Source: a candidate division WOR-3 bacterium
GTDB taxonomy: Bacteria > Hydrothermota > Hydrothermia > LBFQ01 > DSFT01
Length of the DNA stretch: 18,061 nucleotides
Direction: 5' to 3'
Assembly: GCA_965649115.1 (NCBI GenBank)
Contig: CBFGJN010000040.1
Location: 1 to 18,061 of the forward strand
Below, piece by piece: positions 7,281 to 16,038 of the stretch (position 1 is the stretch's first letter; each line of letters opens with the position of its first letter). Below the pieces are notes generated by a model. The model had not been told where the DNA came from. It saw nothing but the letters and a program-made list of their open reading frames with translations, and searched no databases. The position numbers and the translations under genes were made by a program.

Positions 7281-10130
7281 TTATTTCACATAAAATTTTG
7301 TCCTTTGATCTTCAACATCAACAATATATGCTCCCGACTTTAAATTATTATCAATCGTTATTTCATTTATACCTTTCAATTTAACATCAAATTCCTTTTC
7401 AAGGACGATTCTTCCTGAAAAATCAAAAATTCTTATTTTGTAATTTTTTATCTCATCTGCATAGAATCTAATTGTAAATTTTTGACTTTGCTTAATAGGA
7501 TTCGGATAAACTAAAATGTTAATTTTTTTAATACTTGGAAAATCTGAAATCTCATTATAATTTAAAAATGAATAAAATAACCGATTATTTGAGATTAAAG
7601 ACCAAAAATAAATGTTATTTTTAATATCAGAATAAGCAAAAGTACTATCTGTTATTATTGGATAAACTTCATTAAAACCTTTTGAGTAGTTAAAAATGAA
7701 TGAATTGAAAATGATATTTGTATCTGAACTTAAAGCAAATGAAGTTCTTTCACTTATAAAGCCCATCAAAGCACCGTTGAAATCATATTTATAAATTCCA
7801 TTTTTTGTAATTACTAAAATTCCATTTTGAAAATAACTTAAAGCAATAGGCTTACTTTTTAAACGGACTTGATTTAAAACATCTAAATTTCTATTTAGTA
7901 TCCAAAGATAATTATTTGTAGCTGTAAAAATTCTATCTTTTAAGATAATAGGCATTATTTCAATAGGATTTGGTAAAATTTCAAGTTCTTTTGATTTTAT
8001 TATATTTAATTCACCATCAATAATATAGAATGTTCCATCAATTCCTTGAAGATAAATTGTATCATTTTTAATTAAGAAACATGTTGAAATAGGAAAGCTT
8101 AAATAAACTGACTTATAAATTGTTTGACTTACTGGATTAAATAAAATAAGTTTTCCTTCATCTGTTCCAAAAAGGATATAATTTTTTAGTTTTCTTAAAC
8201 AACTTCTAATTGGAAAATTAACATTCTTTGTCCAATTATTTGAAAATGTGTTTGAAATTAAAAAACTATATAAATTACCATCAGTTCCTCCTAAATAAAC
8301 CTCATAAGTTCCATTATTATCAAAGTCTTCAATAATCGGTGGATATTTAAATAAATAGGGATAGAATGTGAAATCTCTAAATTGAATGAATGTTTTAACC
8401 AATGGTTGATTATAATAGCTTTGACCATTCTTTTTAAAAAGATAAAGTTCAGAGTAAATTCTAACGCTATTTGTATTTTTATCAAGTGTATCAATATGAC
8501 CATCAAAAAGAACAATAATTAAGCTATCTTTTAAATTAAAAAATTGCCTTTGAAACTTATAATTTTCATTACCAAAATAAATTTTTGATAATTTTTCATT
8601 TTTAATTTTAAAACTCATAATGTTTGAAACACTCGATATATCGTAAATTTCAAAACCTGTCAATTTATTTTCATTTGATTTGATTGAAGGATAAGTGAAA
8701 TCACTTATGCTATTTCTATTACCATTATAAAATGGATCATATTTTGAACCTTTCCAACCTTCTGGAAACTTTATAAAATATTGAAAATCTGGAACGCCAT
8801 CTGCTTCAATTAAAACAACACCCATTGGTCTATTACTTTGAAAATCAGGCCCTAAACTATCTATGATATTCCTATCAACATGCCATATTAAAATTCCTTC
8901 ACCAGGTAAGGCATAATCCCATTCCTCATCATATATACCAAATATTAACGAACTATCATTATTGTAAATAAAATTAACTTTTTTATCTTCAATTTTTTCT
9001 CTTTTTCTAAACTCAATTAAAAGATATTCTTTATTATCAAATTCAATTTTATAAAATTGTGGATAAAATGAAGATGGAAGGATATTAAATACTTGTTCAT
9101 TTTTAGAAGGTTGAATTTTTACAAGTTCATTAGGCATAATAATTCTTTGACATGATGGACAAATTAAATTTAATATGCTATCCATATAAATTTTTGTATA
9201 TGCACCTGGTAATGTCGGTAAATAACCCTCTGGAATGTTATCAATATCTCCACCATAACCACCAACAGCCATTAAATCAAAATAACCTGCTCCTGTCCCA
9301 AGTCCCGAATAATCATATAAATCATCAACAAAGAAAATTAAGTGATTTAATTCATGAACAGCTGTTCCTTGAAGTCCTATATTTAAACCATCTTGTCTTA
9401 GTGTTTGTGGAATTAATGTTGCATCATAAATTGTATCATTTCCATTATTCACAATAATATAAGGTTCTCCAAGATAATAATCTAATGCTCCTGCAAAAAT
9501 TGTAAGAGCTGGCAAATCATAAGGTGTATCACCATTTACATCAGTTTGATAAGCTGAACCTGCATAAAATATAACAATTCTTCTAAATATAAGCTCACCA
9601 GGTTGTGGATTACAATAAGCTAAATTATTATTTGAAAATATACCCATTTGATCAGCACTTCTAATAGCATCTCTAAAAAATGATGTTATACCTTGTGCGA
9701 AAAATCCTAAATCTCCATAATATCTAATTTTATGTGGAACTTTAACAATAGGAGAAACTGAATATTTAAATTTAATTCTATGATAAGTTGCAGAGAGAAA
9801 GTAATTTTTTGAAAACTCTAAAATTGAAGAAAAATATAAGCTATCATAAGGTGGTTTGAAATCAAAAGTTCCCTTAATACCATAACTTGTTGTATCAAAT
9901 GTTCCATCACCAGTAGTAAGTGGATCATCGGGGATTTCTTTTTGAAATTCAACTCTTAATGCCAATATACAAATTGTTAAGGTATCGTTTTGAAAAGTAC
10001 CAAATTTATTTTTATAAAATTTAAGTTGGTTTATCCTTTTATTGAAAAATAGCATTTGCTTTTCAACATAAGAAAATTTTTCAAATAGCTTTTTATTTAA
10101 ATCCAAATTGCTAAAAAGAAATAAAATCAT
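7281..10130 (-). CDS. Secreted M6 (immune inhibitor A)-like zinc metalloprotease with beta-propeller-like region and T9SS/Por-type C-terminal sorting domain
   Basis: ILALRVEF, HELNH..DDLYD zinc motif (9356-9342), FDLMAVG Met-turn-like, EYLLIEFR, GILIWHVD, LIEADG; C-terminal VYPNP...IRIFDFSGRIV...LKSGAYIV. Confidence 0.88.
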   Translation of the reverse strand: MILFLFSNLDLNKKLFEKFSYVEKQMLFFNKRINQLKFYKNKFGTFQNDTLTICILALRVEFQKEIPDDPLTTGDGTFDTTSYGIKGTFDFKPPYDSLYFSSILEFSKNYFLSATYHRIKFKYSVSPIVKVPHKIRYYGDLGFFAQGITSFFRDAIRSADQMGIFSNNNLAYCNPQPGELIFRRIVIFYAGSAYQTDVNGDTPYDLPALTIFAGALDYYLGEPYIIVNNGNDTIYDATLIPQTLRQDGLNIGLQGTAVHELNHLIFFVDDLYDYSGLGTGAGYFDLMAVGGYGGDIDNIPEGYLPTLPGAYTKIYMDSILNLICPSCQRIIMPNELVKIQPSKNEQVFNILPSSFYPQFYKIEFDNKEYLLIEFRKREKIEDKKVNFIYNNDSSLIFGIYDEEWDYALPGEGILIWHVDRNIIDSLGPDFQSNRPMGVVLIEADGVPDFQYFIKFPEGWKGSKYDPFYNGNRNSISDFTYPSIKSNENKLTGFEIYDISSVSNIMSFKIKNEKLSKIYFGNENYKFQRQFFNLKDSLIIVLFDGHIDTLDKNTNSVRIYSELYLFKKNGQSYYNQPLVKTFIQFRDFTFYPYLFKYPPIIEDFDNNGTYEVYLGGTDGNLYSFLISNTFSNNWTKNVNFPIRSCLRKLKNYILFGTDEGKLILFNPVSQTIYKSVYLSFPISTCFLIKNDTIYLQGIDGTFYIIDGELNIIKSKELEILPNPIEIMPIILKDRIFTATNNYLWILNRNLDVLNQVRLKSKPIALSYFQNGILVITKNGIYKYDFNGALMGFISERTSFALSSDTNIIFNSFIFNYSKGFNEVYPIITDSTFAYSDIKNNIYFWSLISNNRLFYSFLNYNEISDFPSIKKINILVYPNPIKQSQKFTIRFYADEIKNYKIRIFDFSGRIVLEKEFDVKLKGINEITIDNNLKSGAYIVDVEDQRTKFYVK

Positions 10131-11602
10131 CCACTAATAAACCTATTTAAAACATTATTAACAAAATCAAGGACAATTGAAGGATAAATTCCTATAAAAA
10201 TTACAAGAACTAAACATAAAGCAGTTATGAACAATGGTAAATAAGCAAATTTAACCTCCTTTTCGCCATCAGAGAAAACATAATAAACTACTCTTAAATA
10301 ATAATAATAAGAGATAACACCATTAATAAAGAGCCAAATTGCAAGTCCAATATCACCAACATTGACAATAGAATAAGCAATATAAAATTTCGCAAAGAAA
10401 CCTGCAAGGGGAGGGATACCTGCAAGTGAAAGCATAAATAAAGCAAAGCTAATTGCTATAAATGGACTTTTCTTATATAAACCTTTTAAATTTTCTATGC
10501 TTGTGTCATCTTCAGCTACCATTTGAACAATTGAAAATGCTCCGAATGTTGTTATTGTATAAATGAATAAAAATAATATAATTGATTTAAAACCTTCAAT
10601 TCCTCCCGAATAAATTGCTGTTAATCCATAACCAGCATTAGCAATCGTTGAAAATGCTAATAATTTTTTAATACTATTTTCTCTTATAGCAGCCAAATTA
10701 CCAATAATCATAGTAAAAACACTAATCCATAAAATTAAATCTTCCCATAGCTTTGGATATGAACTAAAAACACCTTGAAACAGTTTTAGAACAATTGCAA
10801 ATGCAGCCGCTTTTGATATTGTTGAAATATAACTTGCAGTTGGAGATGGGGAACCTTCAAATACATCAGGTGTCCAGAAATGAAAAGGAACAGCAGATAA
10901 TTTAAAACCAAGACCCACAATTAGAAATCCTATTGCGATAATTGATAAGAAATCCTTTGATTTAAGTAATCCAAAGAAACTTCTAAAAGCATAATTTTGA
11001 AATAAACTCTCAAATGACAAACTACCACTAACAAAATATAGAAATGCTATTCCTACTATCAAAAAGGAGCTTGAAAATGCCCCAATAAAAAAGTACTTTG
11101 TTGCTGCTTCATAAGAAAATAAACTTCTTTTATATCCTACAAGAGCATATAATGAAAACGAAAGAATTTCAAGTGATAAAATAAAAACTGCCCAATTCTC
11201 ACTTTTTGGAAGCAACATTGAACCAAGAAGAGCAGAAAATATAAGGAAATAATAATCACCACCAGACCTATTTTTATAATAATCATAAGATAGCATTACA
11301 AAGAAAATTGTTCCAATTAAGAAAATTAAATCAAATAATCTTTCAATTGGTCCAAATTTTAAACTTTCAATTATATATTTTGCATATTCATAATTTTGAG
11401 CAGTTTTAAGTAATTCTTGAAAAAACTCCTTATTCATTTTAAGTAACTGTTCAAAAACAAAATAGGTTGAAATAAATAAAAGAATTAAAGAAATCAAAAA
11501 AGCTATTAAACCTTTCCTTGGAAAAAGAATTTCTATAATTAAAAGTAATATAATACCAATTGAAACTGTTATTTCAGGTGAAAAGAAGTAAAAGATGTTC
11601 AT
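10127..11602 (-). CDS. nuoN: NADH-quinone oxidoreductase subunit N
   Basis: Polytopic membrane protein with EAATKYF, GFKLSAVPFHFWTPDVFEGSP, SLAGIPPLAGFFAKF and YYYLRV. Confidence 0.96.
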   Translation of the reverse strand: MNIFYFFSPEITVSIGIILLLIIEILFPRKGLIAFLISLILLFISTYFVFEQLLKMNKEFFQELLKTAQNYEYAKYIIESLKFGPIERLFDLIFLIGTIFFVMLSYDYYKNRSGGDYYFLIFSALLGSMLLPKSENWAVFILSLEILSFSLYALVGYKRSLFSYEAATKYFFIGAFSSSFLIVGIAFLYFVSGSLSFESLFQNYAFRSFFGLLKSKDFLSIIAIGFLIVGLGFKLSAVPFHFWTPDVFEGSPSPTASYISTISKAAAFAIVLKLFQGVFSSYPKLWEDLILWISVFTMIIGNLAAIRENSIKKLLAFSTIANAGYGLTAIYSGGIEGFKSIILFLFIYTITTFGAFSIVQMVAEDDTSIENLKGLYKKSPFIAISFALFMLSLAGIPPLAGFFAKFYIAYSIVNVGDIGLAIWLFINGVISYYYYLRVVYYVFSDGEKEVKFAYLPLFITALCLVLVIFIGIYPSIVLDFVNNVLNRFISG

Positions 11603-13059
11603 TTTTCACCTCCTTTTTTTATAATACTCACAATATGTTCAGAAGGTTTTTGTAAAAATTTAAAAATGAAATTTGGATATATTCCAATAGAAAAAATAAG
11701 AATAATTAATGGCGTTAAGATAAACCATTCTCTTATGTTCAAATCTTTGATTTTTTCAAATTTAATTTCAAGATATGATATTTTCTGAAATGCAGGAAGC
11801 ATATAAATAACAGAAATAACAATTCCTAAAACTGCAAATATAGCCCAAGAAAAATTCTTCAAACTTACACCAAGAAGAATAAGAAACTCTCCAATAAATC
11901 CATTAGTTCCAGGAAGACCGACTGATGATAACATAAATAAACCAAAGAAAACAATTAAAACAGGAACTGTCTTAGCAAGACCTCCAAATTCAGAAATACT
12001 ATTCGTTTTAAATCTTTCATATAGAAATCCTGAAACTAAAAATAAAGCAGATATTATTATTCCGTGATTTAGAATTTGGATACTTGCTCCATTTATTCCA
12101 TAACTATTTAGTGAAAATATTCCAAGTGTAATAAAGCCCATATGTGAAAATGAAGAAAAAGCAATTAACCTCTTAAAGTTATCTTGAACATAAGCCATAA
12201 ATCCACCATAAATGATTGAAATTATTGATAAAATAGCAAAAATATAAGCATAATCAATTGAATAACTTGGAAATAGAGGAATTAAAAATCTTAAAAAACC
12301 ATAACTTCCAATTTTTGCCATAATACCTGCAATAATTAATGCCACACTACTTGGAGCGTTAGTATAAGCATCAGGAAGCCATGCATGGAAGGGGAAAATT
12401 GGTGTTTTTACAGCAAAAGCAATTGCAAAGGAAACAAAAATTAGTAATCCTAAATTATCTTTTAGTAGTGGAATTTGTTCTAATAAATCCAAATAATTTA
12501 AAGTCCTAAATTGTAAGTAAATGATAATTATTGAAACAATAAGTAAAACAGAAGCAAAAGCTGTATATAATAGAAATTTAAAACTTGCTTTAACTTTATC
12601 ATTATCACCCCAAATTAAAATTAAAAAATAAGCAGGAATTAAAGAAAATTCGTAAAAAACAAAAAATAAGAATAAATTTAGTGAAGAAAAAACACCAACT
12701 AATGAACCAGTTAAAAACAAATACCAAAACGCAAATTCATTTTCTCTATTTTTAATTAAATTAATTGAAGAAAGAAAGCCTAAAAAAGATAAAAATGTTG
12801 TTAAAACAATAATTAGATAACTTAAACCATCAACGCCAAGATAGTAATCTATATTTAGACTTTCTATCCATTTATATCTCTCAATAAATTGGAAATTCTC
12901 AGAAAAATTAAAATTTCCAAGAGGTAAAAGACTTAACAAAAATTCAAATAATAGAACAACAGACGACCAAATCCAAACAAAGTTCCTATTCTTTATAAGC
13001 AGTAAAAGCAAAGATGAAAAAATAGGGAAAAATATAAGAATAGTTAAAATCCCATTCAT
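11599..13059 (-). CDS. nuoM: NADH-quinone oxidoreductase subunit M
   Basis: LGVDGLS, FFVFYE, AFAVKTPIFPFHAWLPDA, KRLIAFSSFSHMG and GLPGTNGFIGEF motifs; AGGAGG ribosome-binding site at 13071-13066. Confidence 0.96.
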   Translation of the reverse strand: MNGILTILIFFPIFSSLLLLLIKNRNFVWIWSSVVLLFEFLLSLLPLGNFNFSENFQFIERYKWIESLNIDYYLGVDGLSYLIIVLTTFLSFLGFLSSINLIKNRENEFAFWYLFLTGSLVGVFSSLNLFLFFVFYEFSLIPAYFLILIWGDNDKVKASFKFLLYTAFASVLLIVSIIIIYLQFRTLNYLDLLEQIPLLKDNLGLLIFVSFAIAFAVKTPIFPFHAWLPDAYTNAPSSVALIIAGIMAKIGSYGFLRFLIPLFPSYSIDYAYIFAILSIISIIYGGFMAYVQDNFKRLIAFSSFSHMGFITLGIFSLNSYGINGASIQILNHGIIISALFLVSGFLYERFKTNSISEFGGLAKTVPVLIVFFGLFMLSSVGLPGTNGFIGEFLILLGVSLKNFSWAIFAVLGIVISVIYMLPAFQKISYLEIKFEKIKDLNIREWFILTPLIILIFSIGIYPNFIFKFLQKPSEHIVSIIKKGGEK

Positions 13060-13065
13060 TTTCTT

Positions 13066-13095
13066 CCTCCTTTTGAAAAGTTCAAAATTTTATAG
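13066..13095 (-). promoter_or_regulatory. Putative -10 box (CTATAAAATTTT) and AGGAGG ribosome-binding site of nuoM
   Basis: Minus-strand TAAAAT at 13092-13087 in the same context as the other -10 boxes, followed by a short leader with a strong Shine-Dalgarno. Confidence 0.55.
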
Positions 13096-13156
13096 CTTAA
13101 AAAATTTTCATAAGAACACAAAAGCCGCCAGCAGAAAAATGAGTATTCTAATGATT

Positions 13157-13217
13157 TAATTTATAAAAATTTTTTTGAAATTATGGGCGGGAAAATAAAG
13201 AATTATTGGACACAGCA
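13157..13217 (+). repeat. Internally deleted copy D of the MITE-like repeat
   Basis: TAATTTATAAAAATTTT (as at about 3657-3673) joined to TGGGCGGGAAAATA..AGAATTATTGGACACAGCA (right end). Confidence 0.75.
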
Positions 13218-13243
13218 AAAAATCCAAATTTAAACTTTAAAAT
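13207..13243 (+). promoter_or_regulatory. Putative leaderless promoter: TGGACA-N25-TAAAAT-N8-GTG
   Basis: Hexamers at 13207-13212 and 13238-13243; GTG at 13252; no Shine-Dalgarno. Confidence 0.6.
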
Positions 13244-13251
13244 TTCGCAAA

Positions 13252-13974
13252 GTGATTACTTTTCTTTTTTCTACAATTGTAAGGCAGGAAACTTTTGGTA
13301 TTTCAAGTTTTCTAATTCCTGATGAAAATGAAAGAGTAGTTTTCCCATCTTCACAAACATTATTTTCTAATGTTATTCAATTTGAAATTACATATAAAAG
13401 TGCATTTTTTACATTTCCAATCCTTGAAAATTTAAATTATAGTTTTTATTTTGATACAATTTATGGAATTGGCACAGCTTATAAATTTGAAAATTTTTCA
13501 TTAGGCTTTAATGGTTTTAAGTTAGATAGTGAATTTTTGTTTAATTTTGGTGCTTATGTAAATTACAATAATTTTGAAAGTAAGTTTTCTTTAAATTATA
13601 AAAATAATCAGAACTTTGGTTTAAGAAGTTTTTTTAAATTGTCATTCTTTGAGCAATATAGCTCAAGATTATATTTAGAATACCAAAATAATTTAGATGC
13701 TATTATTGGAATTTTTTATGAACCTTCTAAATATAGATTTTTAAGTTTTGGATTATCAAAAATTGATAATAACTATTTTTCTTTTAGTAGTTTAGAAGTC
13801 TTAATTTTTAGAGATTTTTTAACACTTAGAGGGAGTGTTTATGAAGACCTTAAAAACAATAAGTTATTCTTAAATTATGGCTTTTCAATAAGTTATGAAA
13901 ACTTGAGAGGTGATTTTATTGTAAATAAAGATGCTTTCAAGTTGGGAATTTATTATAAATTTAATATGTTTTAG
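13252..13974 (+). CDS. Hypothetical protein, probable outer-membrane beta-barrel
   Basis: 240-aa ORF rich in aromatic residues and Gly with alternating amphipathic strands (FSLGFNG, FNFGAYVNY, LNYGFSISY, FKLGIYYKF) and a terminal Phe. Confidence 0.65.
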   Translation: MITFLFSTIVRQETFGISSFLIPDENERVVFPSSQTLFSNVIQFEITYKSAFFTFPILENLNYSFYFDTIYGIGTAYKFENFSLGFNGFKLDSEFLFNFGAYVNYNNFESKFSLNYKNNQNFGLRSFFKLSFFEQYSSRLYLEYQNNLDAIIGIFYEPSKYRFLSFGLSKIDNNYFSFSSLEVLIFRDFLTLRGSVYEDLKNNKLFLNYGFSISYENLRGDFIVNKDAFKLGIYYKFNMF

Positions 13975-14014
13975 TTTATTTTAATAGTTGAATGATTGCT
14001 GGATTTTTAAGAAA

Positions 14015-14087
14015 TAAAGCTGAAAGCTTATTTTCAGGGTGGGAAAAATAAGAAATAATGATATTTTCAGAATTATTGGACATAGCA
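14015..14087 (+). repeat. Partial copy E of the MITE-like repeat (right half)
   Basis: TAAAGCTGAAAGCTTATTTTCAGGGTGGGAAAAATAAGAAATAATGATATTTTCAGAATTATTGGACATAGCA aligns with 3745-3822. Confidence 0.85.
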
Positions 14088-14115
14088 CCCCCAAAGCATA
14101 GTTATCGTTTAAAAT
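14077..14115 (+). promoter_or_regulatory. Putative short-leader promoter: TGGACA-N27-TAAAAT-N11-ATG
   Basis: Hexamers at 14077-14082 and 14110-14115; ATG at 14127. Confidence 0.6.
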
Positions 14116-14126
14116 TTTCTATACTT

Positions 14127-14441
14127 ATGATTTTGCTTTTTATAAATTGTATATGTCAAAATTTAAATTTCTTTCAAGCTCTTGAAAAAGCAGATATGGT
14201 ATTTGAGGGGATTTTAGTAAAAAGTGATAGTTTATTGACTTTTAAAGTTATAAATTCTATAAAACAAACAAGTGATACACTTTTAGTAATTTATAATGAT
14301 AATGAATGCCCCTATAACTTTGAATTGAATAAATTATATAGGGTTTTTGTTAAAAAGGAGGGAAATAAATTAATAACAGATAAATGTTTTGGTAATGAAA
14401 AGATTGAAGATTATGAGGAAATTAGAGACTATTCAGAATGA
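14127..14441 (+). CDS. Small exported protein of TIMP/NTR-like (OB-fold) type
   Basis: CxC near the N-terminus followed by ADMVFEG, ECPYNF...YRVF and a fourth Cys (DKC), the pattern of prokaryotic N-TIMP homologues. ATG 14127 is preferred because ATG 14058 lies inside the repeat, upstream of the -10 box. Confidence 0.7.
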   Translation: MILLFINCICQNLNFFQALEKADMVFEGILVKSDSLLTFKVINSIKQTSDTLLVIYNDNECPYNFELNKLYRVFVKKEGNKLITDKCFGNEKIEDYEEIRDYSE

Positions 14442-16038
14442 AGTTATTTTGGAAGTTCTAAGAAAAAGAGGAATTGATGAAAATTATTTAGAATTTATGT
14501 TAAATGCAAAAATAGAAGATATTGAGGACCCTTTCAATTTAGAAAACATTGATTTGGCAATAGATTTAATAATAAAAAATATAAAAGAAGGAAAACCAAT
14601 TTTGATACATGGTGATTATGATGCGGACGGAATAACATCCTTAGCACTTCTTTATAGAGCATTAGAAAAAATTTATGATAAGAATAAAATTATTCCATAT
14701 ATTCCTAATAGGTTTAAAGAAGGTTATGGATTTTCAGAAAATTCAATAAAAATTGCAAAAGAATACAATTCTAAACTTATTATAACTGTTGATTGTGGCA
14801 TAACAGGACTAAATGAAGTAAAAAAAGCAATAGATGAAAACATAAATGTTATAATAACAGACCATCATGAGCCATTAGATATCCTACCAAATGCATCCGC
14901 TATAATTCATCCTAAAATAAGTCCAAAATATCGTTTTAAGCAACTAACAGGTGTAGGTGTTACATTTAAATTAGTAATGGCTCTTTTTAAAAAATTTAAT
15001 GTTAATATAAACAATTTACTTTGGGACTTGGATTTGGTTTCTCTTGGGACAATAGCAGATATGGGTGAATTAACTTATGAAAATAGAATTCTTGTTAAAT
15101 ATGGTCTTGTTGTTTTAGAGAGAAGTAAGAAAGCAGGAATAAAAGCAATAAAATATATTTCTGGTATTAAGGAAAAAATTTCACCATGGCATATTTCATT
15201 TATTATTGCTCCAAGAATAAATGCTGCTGGAAGAATGTCTGACCCGATTTATTCTTTTAAATTACTTACCTCAAAAAGCGGTAAGGAGGTTCTTGAAATT
15301 TCAAAAATTTTAAATGAATTAAACAGAAAAAGGCAAAATGAAGAGAGAAAAATAATTGAATCTATAAATAAACAAATAAAAGAAAAATTAAATAACTATG
15401 TTCTTGTCTTAGATGATTGGGGATGGCACGAAGGTGTAATTGGTATAGTTGCAAGTAAAATTTGTGAAAAATTCCATAGACCTACAATTATTATTTCTAA
15501 ACTTGGAAAGTTTTCAAAAGGCTCTTGTAGAAGTATTGAGGGTTTTCATATTCAAAAGGCACTTATGGAATTATCTCATTTACTTGAAGAATTTGGTGGT
15601 CATAGTATGGCAGCGGGATTTACTATTAAAACGGAAAACATAGAATCATTTAAAAAGGAAATTGAAAAAATAGCAAGAAGAGAATTGAAAGAATATCATT
15701 TAAGGAAAATTTTTAATTATGAAGCTGAACTTAAACCAAGTGATATAAATAAACAATTCATAATAGACTATACAAAATTATCACCATTTGGTATAGGTAA
15801 TGAACACTTTACTTTCCTCCATAGAAATTTAAAGGTTATTTCAATTGAAAAGTACAAGAGAAGTCTTGAAATTTTATTCTCAAATGGGAAGATTAAGTTC
15901 AAAACGAAAATTTTTCAACCTGAAAATGATTGGTTTGAATTGAAAGTTGGTGATATTGTAGATTTAATTTTCAAATTCACTGATAACTTTATATCAAAAG
16001 AAGGCTTTAACATTAAAGCTTTAAAATTTATAAAATGA
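14413..16038 (+). CDS. recJ: Single-stranded-DNA-specific exonuclease RecJ
   Basis: GDYDADG, PNRFKEGYG, ITVDCG, ITDHHE (DHH), LGTIAD, PRINAAGR and GGHSMAAG (DHHA1). Start uncertain between 14389 and 14413. Confidence 0.96.
   Translation: MRKLETIQNEVILEVLRKRGIDENYLEFMLNAKIEDIEDPFNLENIDLAIDLIIKNIKEGKPILIHGDYDADGITSLALLYRALEKIYDKNKIIPYIPNRFKEGYGFSENSIKIAKEYNSKLIITVDCGITGLNEVKKAIDENINVIITDHHEPLDILPNASAIIHPKISPKYRFKQLTGVGVTFKLVMALFKKFNVNINNLLWDLDLVSLGTIADMGELTYENRILVKYGLVVLERSKKAGIKAIKYISGIKEKISPWHISFIIAPRINAAGRMSDPIYSFKLLTSKSGKEVLEISKILNELNRKRQNEERKIIESINKQIKEKLNNYVLVLDDWGWHEGVIGIVASKICEKFHRPTIIISKLGKFSKGSCRSIEGFHIQKALMELSHLLEEFGGHSMAAGFTIKTENIESFKKEIEKIARRELKEYHLRKIFNYEAELKPSDINKQFIIDYTKLSPFGIGNEHFTFLHRNLKVISIEKYKRSLEILFSNGKIKFKTKIFQPENDWFELKVGDIVDLIFKFTDNFISKEGFNIKALKFIK

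Noticed and set aside
8291..15643. Nested ORFs 8291-8515, 9152-9457 and 15449-15643
   Set aside because: Alternative-frame or antisense ORFs inside confident genes.
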